Below are positions 1 through 11,900 of a stretch of 57,309 bases of DNA, one piece after another. The position numbers and the translations under genes were made by a program. Every line of letters begins with the position of its first letter. The first letter of the stretch is position 1. The notes below the pieces were generated by a model. That model did not search any database. It was not told where the DNA came from and worked only from the letters and a program-made list of their open reading frames with translations. The DNA lies in NCBI GenBank assembly GCA_002633005.1, contig NMRA01001095.1, positions 1 through 57,309 on the forward strand, written 5' to 3'. The stretch is from Phoronis australis (lineage: Eukaryota > Animalia > Phoronida).

Positions 1-1717
1 CTTCAGTTTGGAGACACAAACTTTATCAAGAAGAGTTTCTAGAGCAGGGTTGTTAGAATGTCAATATTTGCATAGAATTTCATAAATATGTTGGTTTCCT
101 GAATAACCTCTTCTTCCCAATTGATTTTAGTATTGGCAGATTTCCTCTGAATACTTGGCAGTGTCGGACTTACATGTGTATCAAGGGACATTTCCCCCTA
201 CTGCCCCTCCAAGAGGGGGTGCTGTCTGAAATGGGACACCATAATATAAAAAGGTAAACATCATTAAGCTTGGAAATAAATGTCAGTTCATTCCACCGTC
301 GTGTGGTCAGACGACGCTGCGGGAAGTGATCTTTCTAAACATGAAAGCCGGTTGCACGATTTCACAAAAACAGGAAAATAGATGAAATCGAGTCCAGTAT
401 TTATCCCTCCCTCCGTGAGCGCCCCCTCAAGAATGTGTCAACAAAAACATATAAAGTGGCCAAATGAGTGTCATCAATAGCTTCCTTCAAGGGCTGGGCT
501 ACTAGATATAAACAAATCTATATTTTCAAAAATCTGGAAATGCGCAACAATTGGTGTTATGTGTCAGGGTCATCAGTTTTTTTCTCATGTGATGTACAAG
601 TTCGAGAAAAAATAGAGCGACAGTTGTCTCCATTACCCCTGCCGAGAGGGGTGCCTCTGAAAAATATAGTTCTGCATTCATGAAATTGTAATGTCAAAGT
701 TTAAAATCCAGTAAATTAATACGCCCCAAAAAGCTTCACTTTACAAATTTTCTAATTTTTTAGAACTGCATGTGTGAATGAATAAGTGCACAATTTCAAG
801 TGCACTTAGACAAACTTTGCTTCCAAAACTGATACTGAGTTGTCGAATGTTCTCCCAAATTTTCTCTCTTCTCCGTATTTCGCAGTCTTTCCTTTCTCGA
901 CTGTCCCGGGCCCCACGCCTGGGTCGTTTGCCACAGTTTAACCCTGACGCATCCCGCTTTTTACAGCCCTGAAACAGGATCATTGTGCACGCTTAAAAAT
1001 GTTTCTAATGTCAATTATAAACTTCCAATCACTGTTTGTATTTTATATTACTAAGCAATTACAACAAAGTACTTGGCACTTGGCAACAAAAATGCACATT
1101 TTCATTTGAACTGCTATTCGTAAAATCAAAAAAGACCTAAATTTTGACCATTATTAGTGTAACTTTTATTCATCGCGTACATGTACATACTTCAAAAGTC
1201 ATCTTGGTACGGCTTACTATATCCTTACCAATAAGATACATGTACTTAAATTAGGGGTTACGACAAAACAAATGCCCCCACTTCGTTGGGGCAATTTTAT
1301 TTCTTGGGAAATTAGGTTTTGGACTAGGAGATGAATATTTTTAAACTGAAATTTTTGCATGCATCAAGCAAAAGTTTCATGGGGGTATAAAAAGAAAAGG
1401 AGAGGTCAATGTATTATGATGGTTGATATTGTTTGATGTACATGTAGATCTGAACGCACTATTACAATTTCAGCCAATTCTGTGACGGTCATGTAGATTT
1501 ATTTTACATAGGTTCTCTCAGAAATTGCTACTTAAGGTCTGTTTTCATGTTAAACGTTTCTTAGGTTTATCCACTTATCTCAGCTGTAGGTTCAATATGT
1601 TATACAAAAAAAGGCACACGACGAGATTGAAGTTCATTTACAAATTTATCGCTTGATAACTACATTGTTGTGGCCATTAATATAAACATTTTAAATTTTA
1701 GTGTGTTTGTTTTGCAG

Positions 1718-2014
1718 AATTTGCTCGTCTTACCCATCCACCTAGTATATCTCGAAGTCTTAATGAGATAACTGTGACTTGGCCTCCGTGGTCAAACAAA
1801 ACTGACTATGGTGTAGGACCAGTTCACAAATACATTGTGGAGTATAAATTAACGACGGCCTCTGACTGGACACAAAGCGTTGAGATTGACAATGCTGTCA
1901 CGTCGTATTCAATTCCATCGACAGACGTCCAAAACCAGTACCAAATAAGGATTAGAATAAAAGTTGACATCAATGACGTTGGAAATCCAAGTGCTGAAGC
2001 GTCAGCGTGTGGAC
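1718..2014 (+). CDS. RPTP exon 1 in window (FN3)
   Basis: ttgcag acceptor, gtaaga donor, phase 1-1; ITVTWPPW...[13 protein letters not shown]...YQIRIR. Confidence 0.9.
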
Positions 2015-5000
2015 GTAAGATATTGAAATGTCATGTTTAAAAATCATATATTTCAATCGATTTCATACGAGCAATGTCTAAACCACCTGTCCGATTGTCA
2101 CAAACACTGACCCAGCCACAACCGCTGGGTTTCTTTGGTGTGAAATATCTACTTTTAAATTCCTCGTACAATAAACGTGTCTGTCTCTGTCCTTAGAAAG
2201 TGTAGATGTTGTATGTTTTGAAGAGATAGCCCTGTATTGGTCTACGGCCAATCGTTTGCATTTGCCATCAGGCGACATTTGCTCGGTAACTTAAAATAAA
2301 TCTCTGCTACATATTCACTGAGGTTTGTGACAGTAAATGTTTAATTTCAGTTCCACTACTCCCAACCGTACATCTCGCCCTGGAATCAAGTGCAATTCGC
2401 GTCACGTGGAATGTAAGTTGATCGTTAAAAGTACATGTAAGGTTGGTTTTTGAGCCGGTAGACATAAAAACGAAGTCATCATTTATGTCAAACTGTCATT
2501 CAAGCCCCCACTGCACTTCCTGTTTGAGCTTCCTAATAATTTTGCAGTATCGGCGGCCAAGTTCAGGTTGCACGTTTCTTGTTTAAGAAATTCGCATTCC
2601 ATGTATGTGTTAATAGGAGAGATCGATTCCAAAAGAGCTCCAGCATTGTGTAGGACTCACTGGTCGTTCAACGTTGTAGGTGCCTGATTGGCGATGTGAC
2701 AAGGTAGGCACATACAGCCTGTTCTACAAAAACAGCTCAAACTCGGACTGGGCAAGGGAAGCTAACATACCGTCCAGCACGGTGGAAAGAGTGTTCCCTA
2801 CCTTAGCGTGCACTGAGTGGACATTTAAAATACAAGCACACAACAAAGAATTGAACTCGGACGTCTCACAAGAGATGTCGTTGACCACCCCCGAGAAAAG
2901 TGAGTGGACACCACGGGCATTTCGAGGGTGTTAGTTTTGATGATGTAGTTGTTGTCGTTGCTGTTTTTATTGTTTCTGTTGTCATTGTTTACAGTTTCGC
3001 TGGTGCACAACCATCGTTCCAAGTGTCTTTATTTTTTTTCGATTCTTTTTCAGCTCTTTTCCAATCCAAAATGACGTTTGGGTAGCTTCCTTGAATCACC
3101 AAATGAAATGAACCTCTTTACTTCGATATGCTCAATATATTTTAATCCTCTCATAACTTGCGTTGATGAAACTAAATCGTATTTCTGGTCAACGGAAAAT
3201 ATTAATTGTCCCAGGCCTATCTGGTTGTTATTGTTCTATCGAGCGATTAATATAGATTTCACGTCATTTCATTAACTTGCAGCTACTTTACAGCTTCAAT
3301 TACCCATTTAAGGGACCCTTAAAGACATGACTAAAAGTATAGGTATTCGTGGAATAACATATAGTTACTGGCGTTGTGACAGCCTAGTTTACTAAGAAAG
3401 TGTGTTTGGCAAATTTTATGGAATTTTTTGTTTGGGAGAAAAATGCTTTTGATTTTACGGATTTCCAACCTGCATTAAAGTTCATTGAAACATAAGTTTC
3501 TTCGGTATTTTTATAATTGGTAAACTTCATTTCGAATCGCGGTTCTCTTTTACTGTTACGTCCGCTCCATCCATTTTTGCGTTATCGGAAAGCGTACATT
3601 ATCTAAATCAAAATCACGCTAATGATCTTGACGTTTCTCAGCATTGATTAGGCTAAGCATTTAGCTATTTTCAAGGTCTGCATAAAATCTCCAAAAGCGA
3701 TTTCATACATCTTTTTGACTAAAAGCAGCACACGTAAAGCTTTTCTGATGAAGGTGTTTTGAGAGTTCCACTTTTCCAATCTTCTAGCAGGAAACTACGG
3801 TCTCATTTCCCTCAAAACTTCTGTCAATAAGGAATGAGATGAACATATAAATCTTGGAAGGGATTCTATGTTTGAAGGAACCTTTTACCATGTGATAACT
3901 TGTTGAATTATCAAATGGCTTACGATAGAGACGGTATGCTGTTTTATTAGTCCAGGATGTCAAGAGCACCCATCGTTGTTGAAATCAGTTTATAAATGAT
4001 GCGATGTGATTTATATGCCTTTTTAAATACCCTTTTAAGGGTCATTAAATTATCAAATCTTTTGTACCATTTTTTCAACTAATCTAAACAAATAATGAAG
4101 TTATGAATGTTTTAATAATTAAAATTGAAATTGATTGAGCGAATTACTTTTCTCTAGAAGCCAATAAAGTAGAGACTTTGACGAACTCATCAATCACGCA
4201 TGATACTATCAACCTAACATGGGCAGCACCAGTTAACAACGGGTGTACTGTGAAAAGCTACATAATCCAGTGCAAGCTCATCCAAGTGCTAGCGTGCAGT
4301 GTGGCGGACCAATCATCAGAGGACACCAAGACGGCCACAACTACTGAACTAACAATTTCATTGGACAACCTACGTCCGTACTCACGTTACGAAATTAGTT
4401 TACGAGCAAGAACGGAAACCTTGGATGGAGAGGAAGAAAGAATCACCATGGATACACATCATTACCGTTAGTAGATGGTGTTGAGGTGTACATATACTAA
4501 CTTATTACAACTATTTATTTCATTTAGTAACTTCTAAGAGAATCGTGTAGGTTGGGAGTTCAATAAATAAGATGAATTCACTAATTTTTGTACCTTCACG
4601 TGGATGGCAATCGAACATTAGAGAACCAAGGTAATATGTTGTTTGAATATTCTGTAATTGTCGATAGGACTGTAACAGTGTACGAGTTTTTATTTCAGTC
4701 CCATCTGAACCACCGACAAGTGTCAGGATTGCAGAACGTTCTAATAGCACATTGAAATTCAACTGGGAACGTCCACCCTGTTTATCAAGTAATGGTCCTA
4801 CTAACAACTTTGACTACCAGCTGCAAAAGCAAGCGTCACCTTGTCGTTCTAAGGAGTTTCTCAACGACTCAACCAATGTACTTTCAAAGACGTTTGACCG
4901 CCTCCAACCCCACGTGACCTACAGCTTCAGAGTGCGTGCATTAAATGGAGAGTTGGCTGGACCTTGGAGTAATTGGATGCGTAATGTTACTAACGAAAGT

Positions 5001-5869
5001 GGTAATACTTAATCTTTCACTTGTAATTGGACAGTGCCAAGTTTTCTCCTGTGACGAGAAACACCAAAATTAAGTGAACACTTGGGTGTAAATATAAACT
5101 CCGGTAAAAACTTCTTCATATAAACGGGGGCTTCAGATATCCAATTTTGTAAAGCACTTAAAGGAACTGTTGCTTTTCTTTTCTGTCACACGACCTCGAT
5201 GTAAATTTACATTTACTCGCGGTGTATATGTGCTTCGAATGAAATAAATTGTGCAAATACATGTATGAGATGAGTTACATGAGTTAATTTAAACAGTGAA
5301 CGCTGGACCACAATGAGTTTTGTTTATAAAATGCTTTGTAGAAAAACTTGACACCCCAGATTTCAGTGGCTGTTTCGCATGGTATTTACAATAAAAACTG
5401 AATCAAGGACTACGCCTTGATCCAGATACAAATTGCGTTTCTGAAAGCAGTTCTTTTGGCCTCAGGAGAAAACTTGACAACGACCAATGGCACTATAGCA
5501 GACTCCAAGGCTTCACCAATAAACTGACCAATGGTGTGGCTGGCATGCTTCTTCTAAACAATATATTTGTGCCAAGGTTAATGGACACGGATCGTGATGT
5601 TTTTTATGTAATGATAATGAGTGAATTTTAAAAACACCATAGTTGCTAAAAATAAACTATCGTGTTGGTCAAACAAGTGTCCATTGTTTTGGCATTATAT
5701 TAGAGTGAAGTTGAATAAAGTGTATTATTGAATAAGTGCAAGCGTCATATAGTAACTGTAATCCATTAAGTCATTTATGTAGGCTTCAGTCGTTATCATC
5801 AATAATCACGACATGACGACGTCCTCTCGGTTGGGTATGCACTTCCTAAGAAGTTGGCGAAAATCTTTG

Positions 5870-5902
<33 letters not shown>

Positions 5903-8900
5903 TTGCTAGAAGCCTGTCTTGTGACATTCAAATAAACCTACGATTGTCTTCTACTGCTACTCGTTATCGTACCGCTTTTTAAATGCTATAGCTCCACCAC
6001 CACCGAAGAACCTAAGCGTGGTAGACATGAACCCAACATTCGTCATCATTGGCTGGATTCCACCGTGTCCACCTAACGGCGTCATACGGGAATACCAACT
6101 TAAGTACAAAAGTCTTAACGACAATGACGACAACATAACCACTTGTGCGGACTGTTCTTCTTTTAAGCTTCTTAATTTGGAGATCAAAAGCACGTACGAG
6201 TTTAAGGTGAGGTTGAATTGCCTGTTCCTTCTAGTGTCTTTTGCACCCTTCTACGGAACTTGACTTATTACTTGAGAAGTTTTCGTGCATTTTGTTATCA
6301 TCATGGAATTCAGTTCAAATTCTATCTTAGATTATGCCACAATCAGTCCTGATACATCGATGTTCATATGTTCGTTCGAATGCTCTCATTGTTTAGAATC
6401 AATTATTGCTCAAAGCTTTCAACCATGAACCTAGAGTGATCTCTCGTGTCACCACGTACAGTCTGAGTGTTAATATTATCAATCGAAATTTGTACGATAT
6501 CACGTGGGAAGGAGAGATGTATATTTTGTTATCTAATTTACATGTTCCAGATTCGTGCAAAGACTACTCACTGGGGCATTTGGAGCATTCCAATTCATGA
6601 GACTGTTGAAGAGGGAGGTAGGGCTTGAACCTACGTCTTTGATGGCTTCACGTGGTCGTGTAAAGTCGCGCGATCTACGTAGCACGTCATGCACTTTCAC
6701 ATCGATAGTGTTTTTTTACCGGGTATTCTCATAGGCGTATTTCCGGAAATTCCCGGTACATGGTATTTAATGCTTTGAAGTCACCTCAGAGATGACATAT
6801 TTTGACCATTCAGTAAATTGAAAATCCTGAACGAGTCGCAAGTTTATGACAAGGGCAAAATCTCTTGGAAAATTCGTCAAAATTGAGGACTTGGGTCCGT
6901 GACAGCCCATTCGTTAATCATAACCATGTCAATTTCACAGGATTCTGGCTGTTTGGTCGTTCGTATTTATGTTTTGCAGACGACAAAATGTAAGGCGTAT
7001 GGATTTCTACTTTGTGATTCGTCCACGATATTAACCAGTAGTGCCGAACCACGTTCCATTTCATGTAGGGAAATCTAATACCACTTGTTCTTCGTTTACA
7101 TGTATGTATATTTCATGTATAGTTATGCCCAGAAGGGAAGTCAAATGCTGTATGTTCACCGATTGCACCACTTTCAGTTCCTGAAATGCCAGAAAGCGTT
7201 TGGTGCAAGGACGGAACAGCAAAGTCACTTACTGTTCACTGGGTTGAACCAAGTCGAAAAAATGGATTCTTAACACAATACAAGGTATATTAGCTCCTAT
7301 GTTCACGTTATAGTAATGAAAATACAGAAATTGTGATTATTTGCCGCAATTTGCTTACTGTTTTTGTAATATTGCTTTATTTATTAAAACAACGTGGAAT
7401 TGTTCACACCTTACTCTTCAAAAAAGTTTCAAAGCCCATAAAAAACAGTCTGGCGAAAAAAACTTCTGGTTCGTTCTATAAAGGATGTCAACAATCTCTT
7501 AAAGTGGTCTATGTGGCTACAACGGAGTTTAAACTCGTGACCGGCGTAGAGCGATGTACGTCGAGGACTGAGATGCGCAACGGCGGAGTGACATTCGTGA
7601 TTATGTCTAAAGATACTTGTGCGACACAACTGACCTATCGCCAGGAGTTTGAGTGACAGCTTAACTGACCATATAGAACTCATCATTCTTGAAACACCTT
7701 TGTTTCCAAGTCGCCATTATTTCTGACAAGCAACATGTTGCCGGATAAAGCTTATTGTATGTCGAGATTACGCAAGGGGGCGGAGCTTGCGATAGATCAA
7801 TTGCACATGCGAGCTTCGAAGAACACACCACTGCTCCATCAGCTCGAAATATTGAACCAATTCACGGCGTAGCATGCATACATGCCTACAAAAAAGACGG
7901 AAACCGAAAGTAAAATTTTCTGAAGTTATCTATGTCTTCACAATGCTTCGTGCACTTGATTTGTTGAACGATTGATTTTGAGATTCGTGTGTAAAAATTC
8001 TGTTCGTACGCAACATTCATGCTTCCGTGGTTTGTACGTATGATTCACTTGTACGAGTAGAGGATATAGAAAATCTGACCTATTCGTCCACTACCGAACA
8101 CAAAGATGTATTCAAAGAAAAATTACTTGTCATTTTTGTTCCATGCCGTCGTTACTTTTAGAACATCCAAACAGCAAATTTCAGCTCTTTAATAACTGTC
8201 CAGAAAAATGTTTCGACCTCAACGAATGGGGTTCAGGCTCAGGTTGTTCACGCTGTGGCGCTATGAGCGCTAAGACCGATGTTCTGCGCATGTTCGGTCT
8301 ATTCCTTGGTTGTTCACGATAAATTTTCTGACACTTGTGTTTCATTTGATCTGGATATGTCTGGCAAATATAGCTTGAAATCACTGAAAGAGTTACGGGA
8401 TGAGCTAAAACGGCGAGGGATTCGTACAAGCGGAAAGAAAAAAACCTGGCTGTGAGGTAAATGACTTCGAAGCGCGTTACATGACCTTTCGTATTTCGCG
8501 CATTTCGGACGGCGTGTTCTATTTACATTGTGTCTGCACGCCGCTGTGTCAATCCTTTGATTAGATCAAGCAGTTTACGCTCCTTTTTATGCGCCCACAT
8601 ATTTCCCATGTGAAATAGTCTGTTTATTGCTTTTCTCAATTGTGCATGTGATTAACGACAGTTCCCTGTAGTTGTTGTGTCTAAAATACAAGTAATTTCC
8701 TTAACTTCCGACACTGTAAAATTATTTTCTTAAAGGGACATTCCGTGACCGTCCTGAAGTTTCCTACTTTTTGAACCGTAAATACACCTTTAAAGTATTA
8801 GTGTCAAAAAGAATATTACTACAAAAATGCAAGACAAACTTTTATTTTACACTCAGACGTTGTCAACAATGCACTTAAAACGTGCTACACGAAGCGTTAC

Positions 8901-11900
8901 ACAACACTACACTCCGCTGATTGCTTCAAGCATTTTCTGACACGATGCAGCGGCGAAAGTTGCATAGTGTGAACACATTCTTATTAATTCTAGAGGCCAG
9001 ACAGGACTCCATATTAGACATAGGGTCTCTTAAAATTGTGTATGTCTTTGGGAGTCCTATAATGCGCTCGATGTGCACACGCTTCCTGGCGATCTTGCGG
9101 TCATTGAGCACCGACTTTCGCGACATCCTGTTCTTCCTCTTGAAGAAAGACGTCATGTTGATTGAAACCCTGTACGGAAGAAAGAGGTCATCCACTGTGA
9201 ACCCTTTATCCGCCAGGACCTCATCATGTGGTCACACAGTCTGGGAAGCCCCGACCGCTCCACAATTTGGCGGTCACTGGTCGATCCTCCATAAGCCGTC
9301 TACACATAACTGACGAGACCTCCAGGGCTAGCTCCCACTAAAATCTTCATCGTATTTCTGTTTTTATATGTAGAAAAAGTTGCCTGATGAACAACTGGTT
9401 GTTTCGGATTCTTGATCAAAAATTCGACTGTTCCATCAACAATTCCTCTTAGGATATTTGACCCTAAAATCACTTGGTGAAAAATATCTCACGAGCTCTC
9501 TTCTCGGCCACCAGGTGATTTTGTCCCATTGCTCATACATGAAATTCATCCAAGTGATGAAAATGTTGCTGAAATTTTTCTCACTAATGCCAAAAAATAC
9601 TCAGCTCTTTGTTCGCTGGATGGGTGCGGTGTTTAATGAGCGTGAGAAAAAAACTGATTCTCCACAGATATCCCATAGGGCACAACTCCGTTATAATAGT
9701 TAAGTACATTCACTGCTGGACCTAAACTAGCCAGAACCATTCTGAACTTGGAATATGACTCCAAGCCAGTGTAGGTGAAATCATCACATTTATCAGCACT
9801 ATAAAACTGACGAGGGTTGTCACTTTCATCGGTCTGAGTGGCAACTGTCGAAAGCATCTGTATGTTGGAAGATGCCTCAGGTTCCTCAGCTGAAAAAAAT
9901 AACTCAGCGGTTTGTTTTCAAATGACCAGCATGGAAGGAGGATAAATCACAAACACTAAAACAATAATGACAAATATGTCAAAGGCGTAGGAAGTGGGGG
10001 GTAAGGGGGCGCTCGTCCCCACACCCATGAAGTTGTGGGGTAGTGCCCCCCACTTAAGTGATCAAGAAAAAAATTAGCTCTCTACCACTTTGAAGAGTAT
10101 ATTTAACATCAAAACAACTCTATTCCCCCATTCACCAAACACTGTGACTGACAAATTTATTCAAAATCGCCTTTAGAAGACGTCAGTCTCTTACATACTT
10201 TCCACTCCAGTGTTACCTTGTTAACTTCTGTTCCCAAATGTTTTCACCTCCATCAGAAGAAAGCCTTCCAACGCGGATATATGAAGCCAAGTTTTAAGCA
10301 GTAGACCTTGTATAGTATTTCAAATATATTAGATTTTTTTGTTACAGTTTGTGCATTGTAGTGAACAGCATATTTTGAGAGTTTGAGTCACATTTAAAAG
10401 TGTTACCTTTTATGTCTGGCCCAATCTCCAAAACTTCCATGCCACCAACTGTCTCGTATGCTGCCTGTCTTTCGATCTCTCGCTGAACTTCACTTCCTTT
10501 CCGTCTATTCACTTGCATTGCCCGTGGTGTTTGGCTGTCGCAAGAATTTTTAAAGTGTGGGACAGCATCACTTTTAAGCTCTTTTTTACCTGGAGTATTT
10601 CCTAGACGATAAAAGTAATAAATTTAAAACTTTATAGGGATTGGTTTGGACATTCATTCACTCCCGCTTCAGTCCATTGTCAATTATGACCCACAGACTG
10701 GATATAAAAATGCTAATGTTCAGACTACATCATAACTGCATACCCAGGCCAGGTATACATAACCAAGTCAATAACTGAAACGTGACTTACCCCTAAGGCC
10801 ATACTTGGGACAGCAGAGTGCACTGCTCAGTTGGCGGCACGTTTATCTGCTAACATCTACTACGGATTCCCCTCTCTCATGTCAGAGCCGCAAGCTACTC
10901 CCTCTCAATTTCAAGTTATAAAACATGGGTACCTGAGCAGCAACAGTGTACTGATTGTAGGTTAAATAATATCTAAAGTTTTATTTACTTTGTTAGAGGA
11001 TAATCAGCGGCCCAGTATCTGCGATAATGCAACACTGCAACAGACGTTCAACTCCAATGTATTTGTCTCACGACTTAGAACTGTGTTGTAAGGTGGCTAC
11101 TGAGTGCCGTTCTAATACTGATGTCGTTTACAGCAACTTTCAGACAAAACCCAACGTGGAATGAACGAGCAAAAATATTTTCCGGTGTAAAATTACCGTA
11201 ATAGTTTAAGGTTTTGTAATCATCTTCATTGAAGTGGATCGAGCACACGCGAACAGACGGACACCGTTCCCAACGCTTGCCCGGGATTCCTGGTTGCTCT
11301 CGCTTAATAGCAACTATCCACTTCTTCAGCAACTCTGGATTCGTGTTTGGGAACTTATGTCCAACTTGTGTTGTGCAGCCTGGGACAGAACACTGCGGCA
11401 TACTCGCATTAACTTTATTAAGACTACGATAGACAAAGCACAACCAAATGACAAACACTAAGTGACTTCTGGTACAATCGATTGGCGCGCCATCTATACG
11501 TCACTTTGGAAGAGCCTGGACCCCATTGTTTTTTTCTTTTAGATATCATGGAAAGCTGAACATGAGAAGTCGTCGTTTGAGACCGTGGGACCAACTATCC
11601 GGAAGTTAAAAATTTCTAAGCTGAATCCAGGAACGCGATATACCATGCACGTGGAGGCGACAACTTCAGTTGGTTTTGGACCACCGGCGACTAAAATCTG
11701 TTGGACGAGTTTGTCTGGTAAGATATCGATATTGCACTTAATGTACCATTACAACATACTTCATTTCGCTACCAAACTCAAGTTTTGTTTTTGCAATTCC
11801 AGTACGTTTTCCCATAATCGGCTAACGTGGTGAAGAATAAATTATTTGGTAAATTATTTGGAACCATCATCCCCTTTAACGGTTCTTGTTGCATTGGTCG

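Larger units (their letters stand above)
8228..11524 (-). mobile_element. ISL2EU-type (PIF/Harbinger-related) DNA transposon, both ends present, defective
   Basis: TIRs GGGGTTCAGGCTC (8228-8240) and GAGCCTGGACCCC (11512-11524), 12/13 match; AT on both flanks (8226-8227, 11525-11526); internal THAP-HTH-DDE transposase. Confidence 0.88.

Noticed and set aside
3312-4044. TTAA-flanked MITE
   Set aside because: Only about 10 bp of inverted match (GACCCTTAAA) in AT-rich sequence; too weak to call.
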